DNA of 64,000 bases from the human T2T-CHM13v2.0 reference genome, Homo sapiens: assembly GCF_009914755.1 (NCBI RefSeq), contig NC_060926.1; one strand, given 5' to 3'. How positions within the stretch are numbered: the first letter of the stretch is position 1; the number at the start of each line of letters is the position of its first letter. Made by a program: the position numbers and the translations under genes. Of this stretch, positions 42,922-61,417 are shown piece after piece. The notes under the pieces were generated by a model. It saw only the letters and a list, made by a program, of their open reading frames with translations. It did no database searches and was not told where the DNA came from.

Positions 42922-44076
42922 TGATCTCCTGACCTCATGATCTGCCCGCCTCAGCCTCCCAAAGTGCTGGGATTACAGGCGTGAGCCACCGTGCCCGGCC
43001 TAAAACAACTTTTACATTGAAATAATTTCAGATTTATAGAAGGGCTGCAAGAGTAGTACAAAGAACTTCACTCAGATTCCTCAGTTAACAGTTTACCACA
43101 ATGGTCTTACCATTTTCTCTCTCGATATATACATATTCACATTTTAAAGCATTTAAGAGTGAGATGCAAACATTATGTATCATTTGCCTCAACACATATT
43201 TCTGAAATTCTGCAACATTCTCCCAGATAACTGCAGGTCAACCATCAATTAAGATCGATTCACTATTACCACTATCTAATCTACAGTCCCCATTCAAAAT
43301 TTACCAGTGTCCCAATTTAATATATATATTAAATATGTATGTATAGAAGAACATGTATATAGATGCATCCCTTCCATCGTGTTCTGGTTGGTGAGAAGCA
43401 AGTCACTAAGTCCAGCCTATGTTCAAGGGCAAAGAGATTATACCTTTTGAAGGGGAAAGTTTCAAAAAAGTTGTGGACCACAGTATCCATTTCTGTAGCT
43501 ATCTATCCTTATACATGACAATGAGCTCATACCAGCACCTCCAATTCCAATCCAGTAGGTCCTATTCTAGCTTTACTCACTCCATATTTGTAACCCCCTT
43601 GTCTAATAATGAGAAATCTGGCTTCCATTATGCTCAACTTACTTACTGCTCAATCCCCTATTTATCATGATTCCACCAAACACAGGCTCCAGCATTATTG
43701 ACTTTGGTGATTGTTATGCTGGGAAACGTTTTTTTTTTTTTTAATTTATGACCAAAGGTTGATTTCGTTATAAAGAAATGATTAAGAACATTCAGATACA
43801 TAAGAAATTATTTCATCCATAGGAATAAGAAAATATAAATCACCTAGTTTTAAATTGGCAGAGATAATATGTATAGGCAGAAAAATAAATGGCCAAAAAA
43901 ATTTTAGATGCTCACCTGACTTCATAAAAATAATCTAAAGTAAAACAATAAGTATCTTATTTATAAAAAAATTATATTGATTTTTTTAATCTATCAGACT
44001 GTCAAATGTTAGAAAGGTGGCTGATACTGGTGAAGGGTTAAAGAGGAGGAGGAAAAGAATTCTCATTAGACAAAAG

Positions 44077-45184
<1,108 letters not shown>

Positions 45185-45349
45185 TGTCAATTGGTAAATC
45201 TTTCTGGAGGATAACTGGGCAGTTTCTGTCAAAATTGAAAGTATATGCACCTTTCCATTCTGCATGCCACTGGCTAGAATGTACCCTGTGATAAACTTGC
45301 AAAACTTAACTCATGCGTAAACTTGCTTGTTTCCTCCAAGTGAGGCTCA

Positions 45350-50092
<4,743 letters not shown>

Positions 50093-50749
50093 AAGACTGA
50101 TTGTTCTAGAACACATCTGATCGTGTCATTTCTCCATTTAGGTTGCCTCAGTGGTTGCCCATTGCCTGTATGGCCAAGTGCAAGCTCCTTAGCAGCGGAA
50201 ATGAGGCTTCTTAAGATCAGGCAACCCCACCACGCTGCTCCTTCATGTGACTCTGTTATAGCTGCTTTAGTGAAGTGTGAAAGGTGAAATCAAAACGTCT
50301 TTTTGTTTTGAGGTCAAAACGCCTTTAAGCAGTGTGTTTACATGACTGTTGTAGCTTTCTGGAAGATAATGTTGGAAGGTGGTAGCTCCGGTAGGCAAAT
50401 GGAGAAAATGTCTCCACTCGTGAGTGTATTTCGTGGATGACCGCAGGCAAAGGACAGGTCGGCACAGGGGAAGAGAACAGTCAGATGCTTCCACCTTTTC
50501 ACTGTTCTACCCATTTCTGTGCTAACTACCCATGTAGTTAGCAGAGAACACCCCAGTAACATTGTCCAAATAGTTCGTGCAAAGTTTTAGCTAGAAGCCG
50601 AAAATTCGTGAAAGGAATCATTAATACTCCATGATAAAGTGCATCAGTTTGCAGTAACATGCGTTTGCAATCACATTCTTTCGTTCTCTCTAAAGGATTA
50701 TTACGTGAATAAAATGGAAATACTCCCGCAGTAACATGGGACTAGTTGG

Positions 50750-52150
50750 AAAGGTGCCGGGAAGGGGGGAGGGCGAGAGACTGCGTCGCGGAAAAAACCG
50801 CAGCGCGGCAACTGGGCGCGGACTCGCTCTTAGGCGAAATCCGCAAACGGTGTGACGTGTGCGCGCTGTGGCCCCAAAGGCCGGTCTTACAGCGACCTGG
50901 GCGTTCGAGGTCGTGTCCTCGAGAGCTATAGGGAGCCTGCCGAGGCCACCTGACGGCGGTGTCGCGTCTACACTGCCGGTTGGACTCTCAGGCACCCGCT
51001 ACTCAGCGCCCTGCTTCCCGGCGCCGGGAATCACGAGCCCGCCAGCACCGCGGGACTTGCAGCGCCCTCCGCCCTTCGCAGGCGGCCCAGACAGCCCCGT
51101 CCCGCCCTAGCGTTAGGAGACGCGCAGCGGAACCCCGGCGGCCCCAGCCCCTCCCCGCCCGCGCGTCCCCGCGTCCCCGCGTCCCCGCGTCCCCGCGCGA
51201 CCCGCCTCCCAGATCCCGGCTGGGGCTCCCAGGCGCGCCGCGGCAGGGCGGGGCGGGGCCGGGGGCGGGGCCTTCTGGCAGTTTCTGGGAGCTGCGAACG
51301 CGCCGCCCCGGGGCTCGGCGGCCGGAAACGCTGGCTTCGGAGCCTTAGGCGCCGCGGCCTTTCCTTGTTTTCCGCCCAGTCCACGCCGCCATGGCCAAGT
51401 GGGGCCAGGGGAACCCCCACTGGATCGTGGAGGAGCGGGAGGACGGGACCAACGTGAACAACTGGCGCTGGCGCGGCTGGCGGCGGCCTCCTTCCGGGAT
51501 CTGGGGAGGGCCGGGCCGCGGGAGCCGGGGCTGCCCTGGGGTCTGTGCGGGGCCGCGGGGCCAGGGGGTCAGGGGGCCGCCCCCCCTCAGCTGCTGGACG
51601 CAGGGCTCGGCCTTCGCCTCTCGGCTCGGGAGAGTCCTTGAGTACGGTGACCGGCTAGGAGGGTTGCAGCTGCCTCTTTTTGAAAGTTGGGTTGGGCCCC
51701 AAGAGTGACTTCCGACAGACCTTTCCACTCCCACCGTCTGTGGCCTGAGGGCCTTCCCTTCTCCTCCCGCCCACCCCTCTGGATGTTTCGGGGAGTTAGA
51801 AGGGAGCTGGATTGAGAGACTGTGTTAGGGGCGGGGGTATGGAACGTAGTGGAAAGGGCAGAAATTTGGATCTCAGTTCGCGCCCACCCCGCAGGCGCCT
51901 CCCGCGAGCCGGGCCCTCTGTGAGTGAGACAAGCTCCCCTTCCTTTACGCGCCTCACCTGGCGCGTGGGGAGAGGTCGGCAGCCCTCCGCCGCAGAACCT
52001 CCGGAAGGGATGTCCTCTGCCCTGCGCCTCTGGCCGGGGCTGTGGTCCCTCCAGGCCGTCGAGGGGATGCTGAGGCCGGTCCCCAGAGGAGCATGACTTG
52101 GCTGGTCCGGAGGAGCTCTGAGGGCATGGGCAATCTTGGCTCGCTGCAAC
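50750..52150 (+). promoter_or_regulatory. CpG island / AHSA2P promoter with GC boxes, (GCGTCCCC)4 and a degenerate heat-shock element
   Basis: High GC and CpG content. GGGGCGGGG boxes at ~51246-51270; 8-mer repeat at 51163-51194; TTCtgGCAgtTTCtgGGA at 51273-51290. Confidence 0.85.
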
Positions 52151-55100
52151 CTCAGCTTCCAGAGTTCAAGCGAGTCTCCTGCTTCAGCCTCATGAGTAGC
52201 TGGGACTACAGATGCGTGCCACTACGTCCGTCTGATGTTTGTATTTTTAGTAGAGACAGGGTTTCACCATGTTGGTCAGGCTGCTCTCGAACTCCAGATC
52301 TCGTGATCCGCCCGCCTGGGCCTACTAAAGTGCTGGGATTACAGGCGTGAGCTAGATCTGACTTTCTAGTGTCCTAGCCTTGGCCCGATGGACATGTCAT
52401 TTCTCTCAGCTCGTTTCTGTCCCCTAAAGTGAGAATATTGCCTGGGAAGATTACATTAGACGATGTATATGCGAAGACACTTGATAGCTGGTATTGTCAT
52501 GATTCTGATTATTTCACTACTGCTACTTTCCCTGTGGCCTAGGCTTTGCCTATTTCCAGTGGGCGAGCTAGCTAGATCCTCCTCCCTTAAATAAGCCAGT
52601 GTTTTTAAGACAGAATACTACTTGCATAGTGGACAATAATATCTTAAAGAACTGAGCAGGATGAAAAGAATTTGATAGAAAGCAGGTTTGAGGAGCACAT
52701 TGGAGGTTGGCAGGTTTCGAGGCTGCTTGAGAGGACTTGGGCCGATCTGGGCTGGGCTTGGACGTGACCCTGGCACCCAGGCAGGTGGATCCCAGCTGGG
52801 GCTTCCATTCACGACTTTCTGGTCCCTGGCAGGACAGAGCGGGATGCCACCAGCTTGTCCAAAGGGAAGTTCCAGGAGCTCCTGGTGGGCATCGTTGTGG
52901 AGAATGACGCTGGCCGCGGCGAGATCAACGAGTTGAAGCAGGTGGAAGGGGAGGCTTCGTGCAGCAGCCGCAAAGGAAAGCTGATTTTCTTCTATGAGTG
53001 GAACATCAAACTGGGCTGGAAAGGTAACAGGGGCCTCAGGGTACTAGTGGGGCTGGGGACAAAGTGCGTTCATCATTCAGCGAATGTTTTTACAGCCCCT
53101 GCTATGGGCCTGGCACACTGACTGGCTCCTGAATCAGCGTTGGTAGATCCTGACACTCTGGCCACACTTGAGTTCCATGGGCCAAGAAGGATGGGGATTT
53201 CCCTTCTCGCAGCACTCGCAGCTGCTTAGAGCTCATTGCTGTCAGCTGGGCCCTCTTCTACCAGGCCCTTGTGAACACGAGTCTCCCGGCATTGCTGCCT
53301 GGAGCACTCTTCCCCCAGGTAGCTGCCTGCCTCCTTCAGGTCTTTGTCCTGAGTAAAGCCATCTCTGTGCATCCTTGGAGACTCCTGCCTTGTGCCATCT
53401 TTCTTCCCTACTTTATTTTTCCCCAAGGCACTGAAACTTGCTTTACAAAACTATTTTGCTTACTGTCCTGCTCCCTCTTTCTGTCATTCAGTAGGGTAGG
53501 GATTTCTTTTAAAAACGGCTTTTTTGAGACATAATTCACTCATTTAGTGTGTATAATTTATTGGTTTTCGGTATAGTCACAGAGTTGTGCAGCCATCACT
53601 ACAATCAATTTAGGAACATTTCACCACCCCAAAACAAAACCCTGGACCCATGAGCAGTCACTCTTGTTGCCCTCCTCTTCCCCAGTCCCTGGTGTCTGCT
53701 CACCCGTTTTCTCTGGATTGGCCTCTGAACATTTCACATAGATGAATCATGTAGGATGTGTTTTTTGGTGTCTGCCTTCTTTTACTTCATAATGTGTTCA
53801 ACGGTCATCTGTGTTGTGTCAGGTAGCAGCACTTTATTCTTTTTTATAGCTGATGAATATTCCACGGGTGCATATACTGCATTCTGTTTCTCCATTTATC
53901 AGTTGCCGGGCATTTTGGGTGTGTCCACTTTTGGGGTCTGTGGGTTCAGTTCTCCAATGGTGCCTCGATCCTGGCTGAGCAGACAGCGTGTGCGCACTCA
54001 GTCCTTGTTGAGGGAGCCAAGTCTGTGGAGATGCAGGGAAGGGAAGAGGAGGAGCTAGGGTTTGAGCCTCAGCCCAGGAGTCAGCTCCTATCTGGAGTGT
54101 GTGCCCCAGAGCAGTCCAGTGAGTTGGCCTCGAGCCTCTGCCCTGCTGGCTGCCTTTCTCACAGACGAGGGTGTTCAGCCCTTCCCCCTTCGCCTCAGAA
54201 CAGGCTCAGAACTCCTCTGGCTGGGAGTTTGCCTCTCTTGCAGCCCCCTGTGTCTGCTGCTGTCTGGATCATAGCAGTCTGGCTCCCTGCCCACTACCCC
54301 AGCACCGAGCCCTAAGGCCTGAGGAACCTTGTGGGCCTTGTGTCTTTTCCATCTCTCTTGGCTCCTTTGCAAGGATAAGACCCAGCCACTGCCAGGCAGC
54401 AGCCAGAGGACGGGTTGTTAGGGCTTGTCCTAACACCTCCCAGCTGCTCTCCTCCAGCAGCGAGTCTCTAGGGTGGCAACTGGGACCCACTGGGGAGGAG
54501 GCAACACTCTAGTCCTGAGAGAAGTCTACCTGCCTGGTATCCCCCACACAATGCCCTCAAGCCAGAGCCTCCCTCCCCTCCGTGGTCAGAACGTACTGTC
54601 CCTTTCTGTCCTTCCATCGCTTTTGTGACTGCTTCTCCCCTTCAGGGTACTCCTTTGTCCTGCTTTGCCCAGGCAAAGAGTACCCTGGGACAAGAAGAGG
54701 AATATGGGTGCACTTGCCCCACACTCCTCTCAGGACGGCGGACTGCTGACTCCTCATGCCCTCTCCTTGGCCATGGCCTGCCTGACCTTTCTTCCGTGGC
54801 TGCTCAGGGGGCCCTGGAGTGGTGGAACCCTGTGAGGGCAGCTGAGCTATTCAGTGAGGTAGGGCAGTTTTTCATAAAATCAATTTTTTTTTCTTTTTTG
54901 AGACAAGGCTCACTGCAGCCTTGACCTCCCAGCAATCCTCCCACCTCAGCCTTCCAAGTAACTGGGACCACAGGTGTGCGCCACCATGCCCAGATAATTT
55001 TATTTTGTAGAGACAGTGTCTCCCTGTTGCCCAGGATGGTCTTTAAACTCCTGGGCTCAATCCATCCTCACCACAGCCTTTCAAAGTGCTGAGATTATAG

Positions 55101-57915
55101 GCATGTGCCACAGTGCCTGGCCCAGTTGTTACTTTGTATTATAATTGAAGAACCCATTTTGCTCATTTTAGGCATCGTTAAAGAATCTGGAGTGAAGCAC
55201 AAGGGATTGATTGAAATACCCAATCTTTCTGAGGAAAATGAAGTAGATGACACTGAGGTATGTGATCAAGTTTCTATTTCTTTTGTTCTTTTTTCAGTCA
55301 AGCTTCTGCTACAGACATTGGGCATTTCAAATAGTGTTGATCAGACTGTGTGGTTCCTGTGTGGTAGTTCGGGTGCCTTGTGGAGGGCCTGTTTGCCGAG
55401 AAGGATTGCCGTACTGTGGGGGCAGCGTGTTGTGTGGAGCTGGAGTGGTACAGGAAAGAGAGTAAGCCCCAGGAAGCCCTGAGCTCCCCCGAGGACCAGG
55501 CAAGGGGCCTGGGCAGCTGGCTGCACCCTCCTTAGCCTCCTCATCTGTGAAAAGGGGTTAATTTCTCTTCCAGGGGTGTTGTCACGTTAGATGTGACAGT
55601 GTGTGCACTGTAAACTGCTCAGGCAGCTTGCATGGCTTGATGAATGTGACTCTCCCTCTTCTCCTGCACCTTTGCCGTTTCCCTTTAATGGTGAAAAGTC
55701 TCAGCCTTTAGCTGCTATCTCTCCCTTGGTTATGCCTCACGGTTTTTTGTAAACTACCCAGTTAGTACGTGTTGCTTTTGTGGCTCTCTTGGTTCTCTTG
55801 GGAGACAGAGCCTTGTGTAACTCCCATGCTTGGCTTCAAGTTAGTGCCCTCTTTTGGCTGAAAGCTGGGTTTTGGGGGTGAGACCATTTGTACAGCCGCT
55901 ATATTTTTCAAACGAGGATAGTCTGACAAAGGATTTTTTTTGATTTGTGAACGTATTTAACATGAAGGCTTTTCAAGATAGGCTGACTCCTGCCCAGCAG
56001 TATGTCTTATGGCACGAAGGTTATGCAGTGCCACAGGCCGGGGGCTGTCCCAGACCTCTGTCTTCAGTTATGTGGTTCCTCTGCTCAGGGCCTGAGATTC
56101 CACTTTGTTATATTCAGATCCATCAGCTGAGAAATTTTTCAACAGAATGTTTAACTGGTTTTTAAGATTTAATCTCTCAGTAGCATTACGGAACAAACTC
56201 TTTAGATTCAAACTGGGGCCCGAGATCAGGCCCCCCTCAACTGAAGCATCGGGACACTAAATTTTTTCAAATCGACCCCTTTTTCTTCTGGGAATACTAG
56301 AGACATCCCCACAGCCCTCTGTTGCTTCCTTCTCCCTTGGCCTCCCCCTTCTTCCCTCTCTTCTTCCTTCCCTCTGCCTGTCTTCTACTCTTCTCCCTTT
56401 CCCAATTTTCCTCTCTGCCAAAAAAGTATATAATCCAAGGCTGGGTTGTATGGGAACTTGATTTCCCTAATTACGGTGGCTTTTGGGTTCTATACCAGCA
56501 CTGTTCCATGTAAATATAATGCAAGCCACATGTGCAGTGTAAGTTTTACTAGTAGCCGTACTTAAAAAGTTAAAGCTGTGGCTGGGCATGGTGGCTCACA
56601 CTTGTGATTCCAGCACTTTGGGAGGCCAAGGTACGAGGCTCACTTGAGCCCAGGAGTTCGAGGCTGCAGTGAGCCATGGTCATGCTACTGAACTCCAGTC
56701 TAGGCAACAGGGAGACCCTTAAAAAAAAATTAAAGCCAGGTGTAGTGGCATATGCCTATAATCCCAGCTGCTTGGGAGGTTGAGGGGAAGGATTGTTTGA
56801 GCCCAGGAGTTTGGGTCTAGCCTCCGCAACATAACGAGATGCAAGCTCTTAAAAAAAAAAAAAAAAAAAGATAAACAGGTGAAATTAATTTTAATAATAT
56901 ATTTTATTTAACCCAGTATATATAAAAAAGATTTTAGCATGTAATTAATATAAAAATTATGAGGTATTTTACATTCATTTTTGGTAGTAAGTCTTTGGAG
57001 TCTGGCACGTATTATTTCACACAGCACATCTTGATTCAGGCCAGCCATATTTCAGGTTCTCAATAGCCACATGTGACTAGTGGCTACCATACTGGACAGT
57101 GCATTTCTAGACCCCATGAAAGCCATGGACCACATCAGCAATAGGATTTATATACATACACATGCACAACTTTGTATGCAAATTAAAGGGTTTACATTCT
57201 ATGAAGTCCATGCAAGATTTGGCCCCCAACCCTGTCATGGACCCTGGATTAAAAACCCTTAAAATCCTGCCCTATCACATCTCTTACATCTACTTCTTTC
57301 CTTCCTCCACTGCCATAGTTCTCTCATCCATACAGCCCAATGTTGTAAGAATACATCAAACCAGATCTTTCTTTGGTTTCTATTTTTCTGATTTGTAGGT
57401 CAACGTTGAGTAAAAAGAAAGGAGATGGGGTTATACTGAAGGATCTTATGAAAACTGCAGGCACTGCCAAGGTCAGGGAGGCCCTTGGAGATTACCTGAA
57501 GGCACTTAAGACGGGTAAAGAAGGCATCCCTTGTGAATCAGAGGGGTCCCTTTTCTATTTACCCAAGTTATACTCTACACTGTGGTCAGAGGCTCCAGAA
57601 GCAAGTTTATACTTCAGAATAAATTGTAGTCTGGAAGTTGAGAGCTAGTCATCGTTAAGACCATAATTAGTGATAATTAGTATTGTACACAGCATGAACC
57701 ATTTTGCCTACAGAACTGTTAATTGTAGTTTTCTGGAATGAAAATCAGTTGTTCGTGTAATTACTTGTTTAATGTCTGACTTCCTTGCTAGACTATAAGC
57801 TCCATGAGGGCATGGAAGGTGTCTGTCTTGTTCACTGCTGTATCTCCAGCATCTAGCACAATGCCTGGCACATAGTAGGTGCTTAATAAATCTTTGTTGG
57901 ATGAATGAATGAATG
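52130..57915. mobile_element. Repeats in AHSA2P introns: - Alu 52130-52352, - L1 53520-53930, - Alu 54885-55122, MER3-like hAT 56497-57110 holding two Alu monomers, L2 3' end 57770-57915
   Basis: Consensus-like text, e.g. gtggctaccatactggacagtgca (MER3) and gcctggcacatagtaggtgcttaataaat..gaatgaatgaat (L2). Confidence 0.8.
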
Positions 57916-58577
57916 GATGAAAGTGACTGCAGGTATTACAGGTGTAATTGAGAAATACCTAGATAATATCCGCATTGCATGGAAGTGAGGTTATTGTTGT
58001 CTTCCCTAAATTAGAGAAGTGAGGCAGGCAAGATGGCCAGCAGTGCCTTATCTCTGTACCTCGTTCTTGGACCCTACCACCTGAGTATCTAGGTGTTGGC
58101 ATAGATGGGTTTGGGGTTGTCACTTTTCCCGTGAGAGCGCACATATAGCTGGCTCACAGGCTTTTGAATACTGTGAAGACAAGCTTTGTGAGGCAGTGGT
58201 CACCCTCACGTGAGAAATTGTCTGTTTTGACAGTAGGTTAGAGCCACAAAGCTATTAGTAGTTAATCATATAAAACTTAGCTGTTTGGAAAAGAACTTTG
58301 GAAAATTTTGCTGCTTTAGCAAAAACTTGATAAAAGTGAGGCATTTGAAAAAAAGGCATTTGTTGCTGTGGAACTCACATTGTTAATCATCAGTAGTTTT
58401 ATATGTAAAAACTTGGAATGGTCTTGAAATTCTCAAAATGTTATAGGAATTATTTTTATAAATGTTTTATTTTCTTACATGCTGTTTTGGGTTTTCTACC
58501 TTACTCTTTGTGCTTAAAAGGAGAAAGGTCCTTACTAAAACCACTTCCCTTGTTTCTTTATAGAATTTACAACGGGA

Positions 58578-60638
58578 ATGATTTTACCAACGAAAGCTAT
58601 GGCAACCCAGGAATTGACTGTCAAAAGAAAACTGAGTGGGAATACCCTGCAGGTATGAGCTCTGTTGGCCAAAATGTAGGGAAGGGGTAAAGGAAGTGTT
58701 TGAGTCAGGGCTCCGAATGGCCGTGTTGATGGAGAACTGAGGACAGCGAGGGCCTTCTTCCGCCTTTGAGTCTCCCGTGAGTCCTCTAAGATCTCCCATT
58801 TTGTTGTGCAAATGATAAAATGAGACTTTGATTCTTGATGGAAGGGATTGTTACAGACACGCCTTTCTTTGGGATAAATACCTGACTCAAGAGTGTCCTA
58901 AGGGCAGTGTTCTTTGGTAGGCCACAGAACCAGATGACTTTCAAGATCCACATAGCATAATAAAAGAAACTTCTTTGCTCACTTTTGGACTGGGAGTTTA
59001 GATCTGTTCTTGGAATGGGTGTTCTGTGTGTAATGGACACCCTTTAGCTTTAGCTGCAGTTGTCTTTCACCTGCTCACGGCTGTATCTGGAAGTCCAGCT
59101 AGGATGAGGGGTATTCAGTCATATATGACCTGGGAACAGAGCTGAAGAGCTGTAGGAACAGTGAGCTCTGGTTCCAAAGTAAAGACCAAGACTGGTGGTG
59201 CTAAAAAGGCTTTTCATGCTGTTTGTATGTGTGTCTGGAATAGGCAGTATGGAATTTGGGACATTTGATGTTTTATTGAGAAGACTATTGTAATCCAAGC
59301 AGCTTTCTCTCTTGTTATGCTAATCATTCCCTGGAACCTCTTCCCTTCTCCAGGTTCAGGCCTCATCTCCAGTGGCACTGGGTGTAAGGATTCCCACTGT
59401 GGCTCTTCACATGATGGAACTGTTTGACACAACTGTAGAGCAGCTGTATAGCATCTTCACTGTAAAGGAGGTAAGTAACTCCCTAAGCTAGCATGTTAAG
59501 TGCTGACATTGGGAGAAAATACATTACAAAGAACAGGAGCTGGTTTTTGGTTTTCCTTGTGGCTGTGTTTTTGATTGAAGGGATGTGGGATGGTGGTGAC
59601 AGAAGTCTGAGCATAGTTTCTGAATAATTGGAGGGGAGATGGGCATTCTTTGGGACTATGTCCGCATTACATTGAGTTTTCTCCCTCTAGGAAGAGAGAG
59701 TTTGTGTTTTATTTTCTGTAAGTAAAAGCTACATGTTTAGGATTTTTAAACCATATTAATTGTTATATTTTGTATTTCATAATTATATTATGTGTTAGTG
59801 TGTACTGGAATAACATGTTTTATTTGGTTAGTTGGTGCAAAAGTTTTCTAAATCTACTGCTGTATTAGAAACTGAAAAGGGAGGGAAATTCCAGATGTTT
59901 GATGGGAACATCACTGGTGAATATCTAGGATTGGTAAGTAGACTCAAGGTTGAAGAAGTAAGGTGGGATTAACTCTTAATATTACTTTTTGTATATGCTG
60001 TTTTTAGCACCGAAATCACGAGGGTCTGTGTTGCCTCAACCTTAACAGCAGCCCTCTGTTCTGGTTACTATTACTGTACTTAAAACATTATTATATATTC
60101 CTGCTGTCCTTGATGTTACTGCTGTTCTGAGACATTTTGGCAATAAAGACAATTATCAGTGGTGCTGATGTATAAACTGGAAGAAGGACCGTATGTTGTT
60201 CATTGATTCTTCTAGGAGTTTCAATGAAAGGATTTTTCTGTGTTGTATTGTGGGAAGTCTTAAAAGATTTTCAGTGGAATTTCCCCTCTCTTTTCAGTTA
60301 ACAAATAAGAAGATCATCATGAAATGGAGATGTGGGAACTGGCCAGAAGGTATGTTACTAATTACTGCCCTTCATATTAAAGGTCCCAAAACACTAAGGC
60401 TAGGTTTTTCGTATGGATAAATTTTCCTTTTCATAATGCGGTAATAAGGTTCCTATTTTTTTTCTTAGAACACTATGCCATGGTTGCACTGAATTTTGTG
60501 CCTACTCTAGGGCAAACAGAATTACAATTGAAGGAGTTCCTATCTATCTGTAAAGAAGAGAACATGAAATTCTGTTGGCAGAAGCAGCATTTTGAAGAAA
60601 TAAAAGGTTCACTGCAGCTGACCCCCCTAAATGGTTGA
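58578..60638 (+). CDS. AHSA2P: Residual open frame of AHSA2P: linker plus C-terminal START-like Aha1 domain, 171 aa (137 aa if the 102-nt exon 59832-59933 is skipped)
   Basis: ATG at 58578 (ggaATGa) stays open across exons 5-9 to TGA at 60636-60638. Translation cannot be demonstrated from sequence. Confidence 0.5.
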
Positions 60639-61374
60639 ATTAAAATTTATTATAAGGCATTACTTTTTGTAAGCGGAAAAAGTGTCACATTTACCTCTTC
60701 CCTATCTTTTGTTTAAAAGGACTGTCTTTATTTTATATTGGATGAAATCTATGAACATATATACAATGTAAAGCATTGTTTGACTCTTTATTATAACTAG
60801 ACACTGCATTGATTTAAAAGTAGCAAACAACCTGAAATTAAGTATTAACCTGACCTTCCATCGATATTCCTCTGGAAATAGGTAAGTCCTGAGTGCAGAT
60901 AGTTGATGTTTCCCAAGCTGAAGCTTGTCCTATAGCAAGCTTGCTTGCAGCTGTACTTTTAGTTCAAGATGACAAAAAATAAATGGCATGTTGACACTAT
61001 TCCTTTATTTTACTTTAGGGTTTTTAAGGTGTGTAGATCTTAGGTCGTAAAACAGTGGTATATTGCATTCAAAAGCATGTTGAGGTGAGGGCAAATTGGC
61101 TGTGTTTTGCTCCACATCTCCCTGCACATCTCCCTGCTGTGGTTTTGCACTTCGGTGTGGAGAGGATTGAGAAGTCTGTGGGGACACATTAGTTCTGTGG
61201 ACTGCTGGTAACACTTCCAGTGAAACAGCATATAATGGATAAATGTTTCCCCCCTCTTTCACGGTTTTCTCACTACTTTCACCTGAGAAGACTGAAGCAA
61301 CGTATGTAAACAAATGAAAAGTCATCACAATCAGTTTAATTAAGTGCACAGAATAGCAATCAATCAGTCATGTC

Positions 61375-61417
61375 AATAAAAATAAAACAATTATTTTTAC
61401 ATCAAGTGTGCTTTATT
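61375..61417. terminator. Convergent poly(A) signals: + AATAAA twice (61375-61386, AHSA2P) and - AATAAA (61412-61417, USP34)
   Basis: Read directly from the sequence; lies between the two stop codons. Confidence 0.65.

Larger units (their letters stand above)
51391..60638 (+). pseudogene. AHSA2P: AHSA2P, a disabled paralogue of the Hsp90 ATPase activator AHA1. Exons: 51391-51470, 52833-53023, 55172-55257, 57399-57514, 58564-58652, 59354-59470, 59832-59933, 60298-60349, 60469-60638
   Basis: Aha1 motifs MAKWG..WIVEER..NVNNWRW, RKGKLIFFYEW, EFTTGMILP, FDGNITGE and MKWRCGNWPEEH. AG/GT boundaries hold except the exon-1 donor. A frameshift and stop occur in exon 4. Confidence 0.93.

Noticed and set aside
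50690-52350. Long GC-rich ORFs on both strands
   Set aside because: Expected stop-codon scarcity in a CpG island. Only 51391-51470 has protein homology.
61005-61349. 114-aa minus-strand ORF between AHSA2P and USP34
   Set aside because: It lies in 3'UTR sequence, has a non-ATG start, and has no recognisable homology or splice support.
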